From contig JAEOSU010000032.1 in the NCBI GenBank assembly GCA_016840165.1, positions 32,001-96,000 on the forward strand: 64,000 nucleotides of DNA. Direction: 5' to 3'. The stretch comes from Promethearchaeota archaeon (GTDB taxonomy: Archaea; Asgardarchaeota; Lokiarchaeia; Sigyniarchaeales; SOKP01). Shown in pieces: positions 20,963 through 31,849 of this stretch (the first letter of the stretch is position 1; every line of letters starts with the position of its first letter). The notes beneath the pieces are model-generated. The model ran no database searches. It was not told the origin of the DNA and saw only the letters and a list, made by a program, of their open reading frames with translations. Position numbers and translations under genes: made by a program.

Positions 20963-22221
20963 TTTACACCCTCTTTATTTTCATTAACTCGTTTTTCAGA
21001 TAATCCCATTACTTCAGCAATAATGTTAGTAAGATCCGTTATTTCTAAATCAATTTTTTCTGATTCTTTTTCCTTCTTCTCATGTATAAAGCATTTAAAA
21101 TGAATTTGACATTTTGTACAAGTTGTTGTTAAAACATCAGCAACTTTTTTAGCTTCAGATAATCTATCTATTTGCATTAATTTAGTGAGATCATTACAAT
21201 TTATAAAGCAGCTAACACCACAACATGGTCCATTTTCCTTTACACGATCCATTTCATTAAATATAATCCCATTTTCTTCCATCGAATTCAAAACATCTCT
21301 GGGGGGATCATAAACCTTCATATGCCGTCCTAATCTACAAGGATCATGATAAGTAACTTTTTTATAAGATGAATCGCTAAATTTCAGAGTACCATCTTCA
21401 ATTTTCTCAGCGATTAATTCAGAGAGATGAATTACTTCAAAATTTACATTATCTAAATATTTTGGATAATCTAACTTTAAGGTCCTATAACACTCAGCAC
21501 ATGTTGTAATTATTTTTTTAACTCCTAATTTGTTGATCTCGCGAACATTATGCTCTGCTAAACTTTTGAATAAATCAAATTGTCCTTTCCAAAGTGCATC
21601 ATGTCCACAGCATTTTATGTTTTCAATAAGAACCGGGGGTTTATCAAGTACTTTATTTAAAATTTTTATACCATTTTGTACTATTTTTGACAAATTTACA
21701 TCTAAATAGTCAAATACAGTATCTAATATTGGTATACAACCAAAAAAGTATGCTACATCCCCTTTTTTAGAAAATTCATATCCCTCTGGGACCAATTCAG
21801 AAGTAATCTCAAAGCCTTTTGGATTATTCGCTTGAAGCTCGTTAATTGTGGTCAGAATTCCATTATGTGTTTCTTCATACTCAATTCCCTGATCAATTAA
21901 AGTCTTCCTTGCTAATTTAATAAATTCTATAAAATCCACATTTTGTGGACAATATTCTTGACATGTTCTACAAGTTAAACAATATCGAAGAGCACGATCA
22001 TCTATAATCTGATTCTTGAATCCGATACCTGTTAATCGAACCATTTGATGGGGATTTCTTGGAAAAAGCTCAGTAGCAGGACAACTTGAAGTACATTGAC
22101 CACATTGATAACAGGCTAATAAAGTTTTAACTTCTTCCTCATTGTAAATCTCATTTATAAAGTCTATACTGATATCTGAACTTTTTAAGGGAGTTGTATT
22201 ATTTTCTTCCATTAGCTTCAC
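20959..22221 (-). CDS. HdrD-like Fe-S oxidoreductase (two 4Fe-4S + CCG domains)
   Basis: CYQCGQCTSSCP, CLTCRTCQEYCP, CCG, CAEC, YHDPCRLGR, CCG; ATGA overlap with the next gene. Confidence 0.85.
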   Translation of the reverse strand: MKLMEENNTTPLKSSDISIDFINEIYNEEEVKTLLACYQCGQCTSSCPATELFPRNPHQMVRLTGIGFKNQIIDDRALRYCLTCRTCQEYCPQNVDFIEFIKLARKTLIDQGIEYEETHNGILTTINELQANNPKGFEITSELVPEGYEFSKKGDVAYFFGCIPILDTVFDYLDVNLSKIVQNGIKILNKVLDKPPVLIENIKCCGHDALWKGQFDLFKSLAEHNVREINKLGVKKIITTCAECYRTLKLDYPKYLDNVNFEVIHLSELIAEKIEDGTLKFSDSSYKKVTYHDPCRLGRHMKVYDPPRDVLNSMEENGIIFNEMDRVKENGPCCGVSCFINCNDLTKLMQIDRLSEAKKVADVLTTTCTKCQIHFKCFIHEKKEKESEKIDLEITDLTNIIAEVMGLSEKRVNENKEGVK

Positions 22222-22512
22222 GTAATTTTGTTTTCCTTAAAAATAAGAATAATATGTAATTTTTTCTGTACACTATTTTACATAATGATTTAATGAATTG
22301 TTAGATAATTAAAATATCTTTTAAATAGGGAATTATCAATTTTTTTTTAATCTAACGATTATGTAAAATTATGGGGATTCGCCTTGATCCTTTTCAAATT
22401 AATTTAAGTTTATATATATGAATTATTTAAGCAAATAATACGCAGTAAGTTAATAAAGGATTTTAATATATTAAGAATTAATTTTGATATGCCGTATATA
22501 TAAATCCAAAAT

Positions 22513-23328
22513 ATGATTATTGCTATCATCTATTTTTCAGCTACAGGCAACACGCAGAGAATAAAGAACGTTATAAAAGAAGAGCTAATAAATTTAGGTA
22601 ACGAGATACAAGAATTTAACTTAGCTAATCGAAGTGTCAGGGAAAATTTCAGTAGTTTTAAGTTATTTGATGCAGTCATTTTTGGATTTCCGGTTTATTT
22701 TTGGCGCGCTCCTCGATTAGTAAGAGAATGGTTCAAAACTAAGAATGGTATGAACCGTCGATGTTCTCTATTCTTTACATATGGAGGTGCTCATATCGGA
22801 GTCGCCCACCATAATATGAAACAAATTTTAGCCTCTTGTAGTTTTAATTTGATTACATCAGCTGAATTTTTAGCTAAACACACATTTAATGTTGCTGGAT
22901 TTCAGTTTATGGAAAATCGTCCCGATAATGAAGATTTTAAGATTGCTCGGAAATTTGCATCCATTTGCCATCATAAGTTTTTGGAGGAAATCGTTAATCC
23001 ATTGATATTTGATCTTCCTATTAAAAGTGAAGAAGAAGTAGATAAAATCGAAGTAAGTTTTAGAAGAGCAATTCCTACTCCCTATATTGACGTCAAACTC
23101 TGTACAGAATGTGGTGTATGTCAAAAAGTCTGTCCTACTAATGCTATGGATATTACAAAAGGAAAAGCCAGGAGAAATTATTGTATAAGATGCCTTAGGT
23201 GCTTATATAATTGTCCGGAAAAAGCTATTAAAATGCCTAATATGACTTCTCATTATAAATTAATGAAAAATACCTTGAGATTAACGGATGAGATATTAAA
23301 AAATAAAAAAAGCAGAATTTATTGTTAA
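22513..23328 (+). CDS. EFR1-family flavodoxin-ferredoxin fusion
   Basis: YFSATGNT flavodoxin loop plus CTECGVCQKVCP and CIRCLRCLYNCP. Confidence 0.85.
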   Translation: MIIAIIYFSATGNTQRIKNVIKEELINLGNEIQEFNLANRSVRENFSSFKLFDAVIFGFPVYFWRAPRLVREWFKTKNGMNRRCSLFFTYGGAHIGVAHHNMKQILASCSFNLITSAEFLAKHTFNVAGFQFMENRPDNEDFKIARKFASICHHKFLEEIVNPLIFDLPIKSEEEVDKIEVSFRRAIPTPYIDVKLCTECGVCQKVCPTNAMDITKGKARRNYCIRCLRCLYNCPEKAIKMPNMTSHYKLMKNTLRLTDEILKNKKSRIYC

Positions 23329-23471
23329 TAAAATCCTGACAACCATAGTATTTTTAATATTCTGACATATCGTTTAAGATTTATATTTAAACAAATTCTA
23401 TAATAACTTAATATTCTAATTAATTGATCTTTTCAAATTATCGAAAATAGTTATAATATTATTTAACAATT

Positions 23472-24584
23472 ATGCACCCCAAATATGCCTATAAGACACA
23501 AATCGGCCCTTCGATTGGTATCTCTTTAAAGGATTGGCTTAAATTGGTTCTCACTAATGGTAAGGTTGCCTTTAAAAACTATCCACGAGTCTTCTTAATA
23601 AATCTCATGAGTATATTTGGGATCCCTTTCAGGTTTTATGAAAAATGGCGCCTAAATAAAAAAATTAGTTCGACTGAGCTTTTAGATCAACCAATCTTTA
23701 TTGTGGGCCATTGGAGGAGTGGTACGACTCTCCTTCATAATCTTTTAGTTCAAGATCCCCAATTCGGATATATCACAATGTTACAAGCCGCTTTTCCCAA
23801 ATCGTTCATTACAAGTAATTTCTTTAAGCGATTTATGAATCGATTTTTACCACAAACAAGACCAATGGATGCAATGAAAATGGGGATATATGAAGCCCAA
23901 GAGGAGGAAATGGCTATGGGAAATATGTTTCCCTATTCTTTTTATAATGGCTGGTATTTCCCTCGTAGAATGATGGAATTTTATTTTAAATATGTAAGAT
24001 TTAACCAAATTTCATTAAGTCTGATGGAACAATGGAGACGTATTTATGATTTTTTATTAAAAAAAGCCACATTTTTCATGAAAGGAAGGCGATTGATTTT
24101 AAAAAACCCTGTAAATACTGCACGAATTAAGTTTCTTTTGGATCTTTACCCGAATGCAAAATTCATTCATATTTATCGAAATCCTTATGAGGTTTACGCA
24201 TCAACTCGTCATTTCTATAAAACAACAGTAGAAGCATTTATGTTACAACGCATAAATGATAAAAAAATTGAAGATAATATATTTAAAATCTATTCAGAAA
24301 TGATGAAATCTTACTTTAAAGAATCTAAACTTATACCTAAAGGTAATTTAATTGAACTTAAATTTGAAGATCTCGAAAAAGATCCTATATTTCAACTTCA
24401 AAGGATTTATAATGCATTAGATTTAAAAGGTTACGAGACAACAGAGCCTAAATTTTTAAAATACCTCCAAACGATAAAATCATATAAGAAAAACAAATTT
24501 AATTTTTCGAAAGAACTAATCGAACAAGTAAAGGAACATTGGAGCTTTACCTTAGAAAAGTGGGGTTATAAAGCTCCACAATAG
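23472..24584 (+). CDS. sulfotransferase family protein
   Basis: FIVGHWRSGTTLL (5'-PSB loop), LKNP, HIYRNPY. Confidence 0.85.
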   Translation: MHPKYAYKTQIGPSIGISLKDWLKLVLTNGKVAFKNYPRVFLINLMSIFGIPFRFYEKWRLNKKISSTELLDQPIFIVGHWRSGTTLLHNLLVQDPQFGYITMLQAAFPKSFITSNFFKRFMNRFLPQTRPMDAMKMGIYEAQEEEMAMGNMFPYSFYNGWYFPRRMMEFYFKYVRFNQISLSLMEQWRRIYDFLLKKATFFMKGRRLILKNPVNTARIKFLLDLYPNAKFIHIYRNPYEVYASTRHFYKTTVEAFMLQRINDKKIEDNIFKIYSEMMKSYFKESKLIPKGNLIELKFEDLEKDPIFQLQRIYNALDLKGYETTEPKFLKYLQTIKSYKKNKFNFSKELIEQVKEHWSFTLEKWGYKAPQ

Positions 24585-24692
24585 ATTATAATCAAATTTA
24601 TTTATTATCGTTCCAATCACTATTGATTTATAAGAGTAAATTATTTACTTTTTAGCGTAATATTCATCTTAAAAAGAGATAAAGATGACAAA

Positions 24693-27600
24693 ATGGATCC
24701 AATTACGAATAATTTAACTTACCAATGTCCATTTTGTAATAATCTCCTTGAATCACGATTTTCCAAATGCTATAATATATATTGCGAGGGTCAAAAATTT
24801 GGACTCCATAATTATGTGATTTATAAACTTAATCCTGACCTAGGAGTTGGAAAAATTATTAAGGTTTTAGATATCCCAACTTCCCGATCATTAGATGAGG
24901 AAGATAATAGCACTCTCAAGCTCTTTAAAGTGGAATTTGAAAATAATATCGTGAAAATTATTCATCCTATTGATCTCATTCATTATTTATTTTCGATCAA
25001 TGAAAGAGTTAAAACTCATAAAGGATTTGGAGTGATAAATTCCTCTCATTTTTTAAATAAAGATGGACAAATTTCTTATGAATTACTCTTTTCAGATGGA
25101 AATATGCTTCAAATCTATGAATCTGATCTTTTAGCTCAATATATAACACCAATAAACAAGATTTTATCCCAAAACACTATAGATCCTCCCCAGCAATTTT
25201 TAATTAAATATTGGGCTAATTTGTTTTATTCATATTATACCTCTTATCAAGTTAAATGTATTACAAATTCTCGGCTATCTATGATGCCTCACCAAGTCAA
25301 TGTAGCACATAGATTATCGGAAGAGTTCTTTCCCAAAGTTATTTTAGCAGATGAGGTTGGGCTTGGGAAAACGATTGAGGCAGGAATATTTATCAAAGAA
25401 ATGATGGCTAGGAACTTAGCTGAACGTATTTTGATAATCGTCCCTGCGACATTAGTAAAACAATGGCAATTTGAGCTTCAGAATAAATTTAATATGGAGT
25501 TTACGATTTATGATGGGAAAAAAGTGAAAGAATTAAAAAAGAAACCACTCTTTCGCCAGAAAACAACTTTTCGCAACCCATTTTATTTCGATAATCTTAT
25601 TATTTGCTCTCTCCAATTTGCGCGAAATAGAAAATATATAAAACTCTTATCAGAGATTCCTTGGGATGTAGTTGTATTTGATGAAGCTCATCATCTCAGA
25701 CGGTATCTATTAAACTACTCCACAGGAAATTATAGAAACACCCTCAATTATGAACTTGCTTACAATTTAAGCCAAAATTCTCAATCTTTATTACTTTTAT
25801 CAGCTACACCATTACAATTGCATTCATTTGAACTTTATTCGTTAATCGAGTTGATTCAAAGAGAAGCATTCGATAATTTTTCAGATTTTGAGCATTTCCG
25901 AAAGAATATGCCTTTTATTAATCTTCTTATAACTAACATTAACCAAATAAAAAAATTGAATAATTTTGAAGTAAAAAATACCATTAAATTACTCAAAAAG
26001 CTTAATTATGTGGATCGTAAAAAGGAAGATAAATATATACTAGAAAACCTCCAAGACACGAACTTTAAATCCAAATTATTAAAGAAAATTGAAAGTGACC
26101 ATACACTATCAAAGTTTCTCATACGGAATAGAAAGAAAAATGTCTTTTCGGATGATATATTGAATACTCGGATCGTTAAAACTATTGTAGTAAATCCAAC
26201 ATCAGAAGAACTGAATGTTTACAACGAGATTCGACTCTATTTAGCTAAAATCTATAACTCATCTATGAGTAAGCACAATGTTGGGCTAGGTTTTATCATC
26301 ACTACTCTTCAGAAACTTCTTACTTCTTCAAAATATGCCCTATTAAAAAGTCTTGAAAGACGTTTGGAACAGATTGATAAATTAAAAAGCCTTAGCATCG
26401 GTCTATCTGCATTAAAAGAAGAAGATCCAGAGTTTTTCGAATCTGAATTGGAAAACGAGTATCTCGATACTGAGATCTCTTATCAAAGTAATAATGAAAC
26501 TAATAATAGTTCACAAAATTCTGAACTAGACCTAATTAACCAAGAAAAAATAATAAAGGAGTTTTATAATAAACTCAAAAAGATTCCATACGATTCAAAA
26601 TCAGAGAAATTATTCGAACTAATACAAGAAATTTATCAGCAAAATCCACATGAAAAAATTTTAATCTTCACTCAGTTTGTAGATACTTTATTTCATCTAA
26701 AGGAATTACTTGAAAAACAAAAAGAAGAGTATAAAGTAGAATTGTTTTACGGTGGGATGGATAAAGAAGAAAAAGATGAAGCTGTAGAGCGATTTCGGAC
26801 AAATGAGGGCTTATCTATATTATTATCTACGGAAATAGGAGGGGAAGGACGTAATTTTCAGTTTTCTCGAGTGCTTATAAATTATGATCTTCCCTGGAAT
26901 CCCATGAAGTTGGAACAAAGGATTGGAAGGCTTGATCGAATAGGACAATCTTCTAAGGAAATTTATATTTATAATTTCTTTTTAGAAGGCACTGTTGAAA
27001 CGGATATAATGTTTGCTTTAAATAAGAGAATTCATTTGTTTGAAGAATCAATCGGTCAACTGGAACCAATTATCGGGAAAATTGAAAAGGATATAAGAAA
27101 TATCATCTTTACTGAGGATGATGGTGCTAAAAGAAGAAAATTAAACGAATTTAACCGAAAATTGGATATTGAAGTAAAAAAAGCAAGAGAAAGCAAAATG
27201 CAATTAGATGATCTGCTAATCGATAAGAAATCTTTTCAAATTGATAATCTAATCACCTCAATTGCTGCGTGTGAAGAAGTTAAACTAAGTCATAATGAGT
27301 TATTTTTGTTAGTAAAGTATTGCTTCGAGCTTAGAGATCATAATTTTGGAGACTTTCATATTTCAGATGATTGTGAATTCCAATCTAAAGATATTGTAAA
27401 TTGTGAGATATTACTTCAACCTCAAAAAGGACTTTTAAAAAGATCAAGAAATAAATTATCTAAGGAATATTATGGTACGTTTGGATTAGATCTAGCAAGA
27501 GAAAAAGAAGAGATCGATTTTTTTGCATTAGGTCATCCTTTAATAGACGAAATCATCAATTTATGCCGATCTGATTTCTTCAAAGGCACCTTTACGATTT

Positions 27601-28304
27601 TAACTGTAAAGCGAGAATTAATTTCGGAATCATTAAAAAAGTTAGTTACAAGTATCAATGAAGCATTCATTTTCATTTACGAAGTTAAGTTTCAGGGCTA
27701 TATCACAGAAAAACAAAATTCAAGTATCGTTTTAGACAAACATGGAACGAAAATACCTAATCTTGAAAACTTCCTGTTAAATATTGAAAATTTCCATAAT
27801 CTTTACGATTTCCAAGAAAATAAGGAATCATCTATAAATTTAGAAGGAGAATTCATAGAAAATTTATTAAATTTTTCAAAAACTAATATAAAGCAAAAAA
27901 CATCGCAGTGGAAAAAAGATATCAAGAAGTTAAACGATAAAATTTTTAAACTCGAGATGAGAAAAAAAGATAAGATTTACAAATACAACAAGAAAGCGCA
28001 AACCATAAAACTTGAATCATTGAAACGTAAATTGGAGCAAAAAATTAACCAGAGACCATCAGTGCGTCAAAAAGACAATATTGCTAAATTGGATGATGAG
28101 AAGAAAAAGAAGGAGAGATTGGACCGGTATCAACGATTAGAAGAAGAAATCGGCGTTCTTGAACGGGACATTAAAGCAGTAGAAAAAATAATTGATGACC
28201 TTTCGTTTGAGTATGAAGATCGTAAAAATGAGATGAATAAGCGTAATTTATCGAAGTTCTATACAAATTTATCTTCATTTGCACTTATTAGATTTAGCGA
28301 TTAA
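24693..28304 (+). CDS. SNF2/RapA-family helicase-like ATPase
   Basis: PHQ, LADEVGLGKT, DEAHH, SATP, GGEGRNFQ, YDLPWNPMKLEQRIGRLDRIGQ; N-terminal Cys cluster and C-terminal coiled coil. Confidence 0.9.
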   Translation: MDPITNNLTYQCPFCNNLLESRFSKCYNIYCEGQKFGLHNYVIYKLNPDLGVGKIIKVLDIPTSRSLDEEDNSTLKLFKVEFENNIVKIIHPIDLIHYLFSINERVKTHKGFGVINSSHFLNKDGQISYELLFSDGNMLQIYESDLLAQYITPINKILSQNTIDPPQQFLIKYWANLFYSYYTSYQVKCITNSRLSMMPHQVNVAHRLSEEFFPKVILADEVGLGKTIEAGIFIKEMMARNLAERILIIVPATLVKQWQFELQNKFNMEFTIYDGKKVKELKKKPLFRQKTTFRNPFYFDNLIICSLQFARNRKYIKLLSEIPWDVVVFDEAHHLRRYLLNYSTGNYRNTLNYELAYNLSQNSQSLLLLSATPLQLHSFELYSLIELIQREAFDNFSDFEHFRKNMPFINLLITNINQIKKLNNFEVKNTIKLLKKLNYVDRKKEDKYILENLQDTNFKSKLLKKIESDHTLSKFLIRNRKKNVFSDDILNTRIVKTIVVNPTSEELNVYNEIRLYLAKIYNSSMSKHNVGLGFIITTLQKLLTSSKYALLKSLERRLEQIDKLKSLSIGLSALKEEDPEFFESELENEYLDTEISYQSNNETNNSSQNSELDLINQEKIIKEFYNKLKKIPYDSKSEKLFELIQEIYQQNPHEKILIFTQFVDTLFHLKELLEKQKEEYKVELFYGGMDKEEKDEAVERFRTNEGLSILLSTEIGGEGRNFQFSRVLINYDLPWNPMKLEQRIGRLDRIGQSSKEIYIYNFFLEGTVETDIMFALNKRIHLFEESIGQLEPIIGKIEKDIRNIIFTEDDGAKRRKLNEFNRKLDIEVKKARESKMQLDDLLIDKKSFQIDNLITSIAACEEVKLSHNELFLLVKYCFELRDHNFGDFHISDDCEFQSKDIVNCEILLQPQKGLLKRSRNKLSKEYYGTFGLDLAREKEEIDFFALGHPLIDEIINLCRSDFFKGTFTILTVKRELISESLKKLVTSINEAFIFIYEVKFQGYITEKQNSSIVLDKHGTKIPNLENFLLNIENFHNLYDFQENKESSINLEGEFIENLLNFSKTNIKQKTSQWKKDIKKLNDKIFKLEMRKKDKIYKYNKKAQTIKLESLKRKLEQKINQRPSVRQKDNIAKLDDEKKKKERLDRYQRLEEEIGVLERDIKAVEKIIDDLSFEYEDRKNEMNKRNLSKFYTNLSSFALIRFSD

Positions 28305-28377
28305 ATCGTAATATTATACATTTAAAAATACATTCTAACATTATATATTAAAAACACTCAAAGCCAAGCGATTTAGA

Positions 28378-28965
28378 TTGCAATTATTTAATGTCTATGA
28401 GAATGGTGTTCTAAGAAAAGTAGATAAAGTAGATTTTGCTGACCACAAAGTTTTTCTTATTGATGATGAAAATACAATTTATTTGTGGTATGGAAAGAAA
28501 TCTTCTCAAAATAAACGAAAATTGAGTGAAAAAAGGGCACAAAAACTCATAAAGACCAGAACTAAGAAAACGGACCTTGAAATCTTACACCAAGGAAATG
28601 AATTCGGAAGCTTTTTGACGATGATTGAACCATTAAAACAAGGAATATCCCATAAGGTTAGTCTGGAGAAAAGAAAAGAATTAAAAATTAAAATTGATGA
28701 TACCTTGGAATTAATTGAAGCAGGAATTACACCTGATTTCGAGGCAGAAATAACTTTAGATGCACACAAACTTTCAGAAGAGAAAAAGAGTTATGAAGAA
28801 CTGTGCCGTATTCTCGCCGAACTCCAATTAGAGCTTATAAGCACGGAGAAAAAGATAAAATCGGCAGAAATAGAAAAGAAAGCTATCGAAATTTATCGTT
28901 CTTCTTCCACATATGATGAGTTATGTTGGTTAATTACTGAACTTCGGTTACTGAGACAAAAATAG
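28378..28965 (+). CDS. gelsolin-domain protein with C-terminal helical repeat (Asgard 1DGelX-like)
   Basis: KVFLIDDENTIYLWYGKKS...EILHQGNE gelsolin signature; C-terminal repeats SYEELCRILAEL / TYDELCWLITEL. Confidence 0.7.
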   Translation: MQLFNVYENGVLRKVDKVDFADHKVFLIDDENTIYLWYGKKSSQNKRKLSEKRAQKLIKTRTKKTDLEILHQGNEFGSFLTMIEPLKQGISHKVSLEKRKELKIKIDDTLELIEAGITPDFEAEITLDAHKLSEEKKSYEELCRILAELQLELISTEKKIKSAEIEKKAIEIYRSSSTYDELCWLITELRLLRQK

Positions 28966-29036
28966 GATAATGCTTAAACTTATTATTTTTATTGTACTAT
29001 TTTTATAATTACAAAGCATTACTGAGAGTGATATAA

Positions 29037-29417
29037 TTGGAAGAAATTATAATAGAAAACGAAGAAATTGGTCAAATTCACGCGAAATTACTTAAAGAAA
29101 AAAATCCGAAAACTTGTCAAGCGATTTGGGATAGTTTACCCTTAGATTTGAATTTGTCTCGTTGGGGCGAGGAACTTTATGGAGCAATTCCAGTTAAAAT
29201 CCCCGAAGAAAACTCACAGTTAGAATGTGAAGTGGGTGATATTGGTTATTGGATACAAGGTTCGGGATTTTGTATTTTCTTTGGAAAAACTCCAGTAAGC
29301 TCAAGTGATAAACCTAAAGCTGCATCGGAAGTTAATATCTTTGCGCATATTGAGGTTGATCCTTCTATTTTCAAGCAATTTACTTCCTTTGAAGGTAAAG
29401 TGATAAAAGTAAATTAA
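29037..29417 (+). CDS. cyclophilin-like fold protein (TM1367-like)
   Basis: NPKTCQAIWDSLP, RWGEELY, GDIGYW, CIFFGKTP. Confidence 0.8.
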   Translation: MEEIIIENEEIGQIHAKLLKEKNPKTCQAIWDSLPLDLNLSRWGEELYGAIPVKIPEENSQLECEVGDIGYWIQGSGFCIFFGKTPVSSSDKPKAASEVNIFAHIEVDPSIFKQFTSFEGKVIKVN

Positions 29418-29454
29418 AAAAAATATTATTTTTATAAATTATTGATTTGCATTC

Positions 29455-30069
29455 TCATGTCGTTTTTTTTAATCTTCGCTTCCTAGTATACGTTTGATAT
29501 CTTTTATATCCGAAGGTACCTATCGAAATCACAAGCATAATAGTAAATAAAGTAAAGATACCGGGATTTTGAAAATCTGTTCCAATTAGTACCCCATGAA
29601 CATAAGCAAAAATTAATGCAATATAATTTAGGTAATGAAAGAATCTCCAATATTTTTTTATTTTCGTTCTCAGTATTGCGGCTAATGCACCAATATAAAT
29701 GATTATCAGAGCGGGCCGGCCTGCTAACTCCCAAAATGCAAGCCATGAAGAGACGTCGGGAATAAAAACTAAAATATTCATTACTGAAATAGCAAAAACA
29801 ACAGGATGGAGCGTCACCATAATCAAACCAAAAATAGAATAGATATGATGTTGCTTAACGAATGGTTTTCCAAAAATTTTATACAATTGTACCATAAATG
29901 GACTCATCGTTGTTGCAATAAACATCGAAGTGAATCCAAATAGAGCGCCTAAACGGATAAAAAAGCTGAATGCATCTGAGGGTGGTGTAAGCAAAAATAG
30001 AATAAAAACGAAGATAAACAAGAGTAGATTAATAAAAATCAATACTATAGCTTTTTTGCTAAATTCCAT
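29455..30069 (-). CDS. ferric-reductase-like transmembrane (heme b) protein
   Basis: About 6 TM helices with His pairs (HH...LHP; WRFFH...YVHG). Confidence 0.65.
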   Translation of the reverse strand: MEFSKKAIVLIFINLLLFIFVFILFLLTPPSDAFSFFIRLGALFGFTSMFIATTMSPFMVQLYKIFGKPFVKQHHIYSIFGLIMVTLHPVVFAISVMNILVFIPDVSSWLAFWELAGRPALIIIYIGALAAILRTKIKKYWRFFHYLNYIALIFAYVHGVLIGTDFQNPGIFTLFTIMLVISIGTFGYKRYQTYTRKRRLKKTT

Positions 30070-30206
30070 ATTTATCCTCTCTATGGTGGTATTTTTTATA
30101 GTAAGTTATGATATATATCTAATTATATTAAATTTTATAAAAATTAATCTGGATAACTCTTTTTAGTTTTTTTTTCATTAGAATATCATCCTAGTATGTT
30201 CCTTTA

Positions 30207-30230
30207 TTCGTGAAAGTGTGCTTTCACGAA
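30207..30230. other. perfect 10-bp inverted repeat (terminator or operator)
   Basis: TTCGTGAAAG-TGTG-CTTTCACGAA, 40 nt past the stop of the 30271 gene. Confidence 0.5.
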
Positions 30231-30270
30231 GATTTATTAAAAATAGAATAAAAAAGTAAAAATTTAAATC

Positions 30271-31848
30271 TTATAATAAAGCCATGATATTTGCTAATTC
30301 TTTCATCTTTTTCATGCCTTTAATCTTGAGTTTTCCTGTCAGCATCTTTATTAGCATTGCTCCTTTTGAAATATTCCCGCTTGAGAAATCAAAAAATAAT
30401 CCAGCGGGGCATGCGAGCATAGCGTCTACTTCTAAATCCTTAAGATTCACTTTATCGTTCTCAATATGTTGTACATCCAATTTTCCATTCTCTACTATTA
30501 TCAAGGCACTATATTTTTGATCAGTAAGATTATATAAGAAGCTCATTTTTGCATTTGCATATTGTTCCTTAAATTTACTTCTATTGTTTATAGCTCCCAT
30601 TTGCGACCATAAGAGTCCTGCAAGTCCTTTTTTTTCTTCCTCTTTTGGAGGTTTTTTCTTCCCTTCTTCAATTTTTAGCCATTCTTCAAATGATTCTCTC
30701 TTTGGAATCTCAACTTTTATATTATCTAAATTATCTGCTATTGGCAATTTTCCGTATGTATGAGCTGCTGCGACAGCAGCATGGATGTGGTCTGAAGGCG
30801 TATCATAGGGTACATTCATGAGGAAAAGACTTAAATTATGATCACGAGCAAAGGCATCAATATATCTCTTAACTGTATCTACAATTTTTTCAATTGGACC
30901 ATCACGTAGCAATCGTGCATTTAAGCCTGCGGTTACGGTTACAGGTATCCCTTCCTTGCGAAATTTTTCTGTATAATCACGAACTGCTTCAAGGGGATAA
31001 TCCTGCCAGCGTCCCATACCTAAAAATATGGCAGGAGTACCTCCCATGCTAGCAATTTCTACATCAAAACTGTCATGAAGGATTTTAGGATCAAATTTTT
31101 CTATTCTTTCTTCACAATAATCTCCGGATACGTTCATTGTCATTACTCCGAATTTTTTAACATTCTTCTCAAGTCTTTGATTATATGGGACTACCCATTC
31201 TTTCATTTCATCGGGCGATAAATTTGGAACGCAAGCCCAGGCATCAGCTCCTATTCCCATTAGTGCTCCAGTAGCTTCATTTTGAGCCTTAACCGAAGGG
31301 GTTAATACATCATCAACAATAAATTTAAATACTTCATGTGCAAAATCTGGCTTCTTTCTCATCGCTTTAATAAGTCCTGGAAAACCCATCAATCCTACTG
31401 CTAAGCTAAAGGGTGAACAAAAAGAAACCATCGCCATTCCTGCTTGTGCTAACCCCCCTCCTTTCAATAATGAAGGATACCGACCATCTTTATGAAAATC
31501 GACTTTTTTCATTTTTAATTTTTTAAGATCTTCTGGGGTTTTAATTAAGGGATCACGAAAATCAATAGTAGGCATCGAGTTTTCACCATAAATTAACTTA
31601 CCGCCTAAGGCTTCTACTTCAAGATCATAGATATCATGTCCACCTGCAGGACTATCTAAATTATAATAACGCCCTACTAATTCACCCATCTCGAAATTAT
31701 AGCTAAAATCGCTATAAAATTTTTTAGCCGGAGATTTAGTAAGATACATCACATGATCATGACATTGAGCTCCAATAGTTAATGTTCCCGTATCTCCTCT
31801 TGAAATTAAACTGCCTAAATCTTTTTTAACTTCTCCTGTTTGAGCCAC
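30271..31848 (-). CDS. uroporphyrinogen decarboxylase/MtaA-like methyltransferase family protein with C-terminal SCP2 domain
   Basis: DLEVEALG, SPFSLA and TPSDHIHAAV of the URO-D/MtaA family; the C-terminal ~115 aa ends MLTGKLKIKG (SCP2); directly follows a corrinoid protein. Confidence 0.7.
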   Translation of the reverse strand: MAQTGEVKKDLGSLISRGDTGTLTIGAQCHDHVMYLTKSPAKKFYSDFSYNFEMGELVGRYYNLDSPAGGHDIYDLEVEALGGKLIYGENSMPTIDFRDPLIKTPEDLKKLKMKKVDFHKDGRYPSLLKGGGLAQAGMAMVSFCSPFSLAVGLMGFPGLIKAMRKKPDFAHEVFKFIVDDVLTPSVKAQNEATGALMGIGADAWACVPNLSPDEMKEWVVPYNQRLEKNVKKFGVMTMNVSGDYCEERIEKFDPKILHDSFDVEIASMGGTPAIFLGMGRWQDYPLEAVRDYTEKFRKEGIPVTVTAGLNARLLRDGPIEKIVDTVKRYIDAFARDHNLSLFLMNVPYDTPSDHIHAAVAAAHTYGKLPIADNLDNIKVEIPKRESFEEWLKIEEGKKKPPKEEEKKGLAGLLWSQMGAINNRSKFKEQYANAKMSFLYNLTDQKYSALIIVENGKLDVQHIENDKVNLKDLEVDAMLACPAGLFFDFSSGNISKGAMLIKMLTGKLKIKGMKKMKELANIMALL

Positions 31849-31849
31849 T

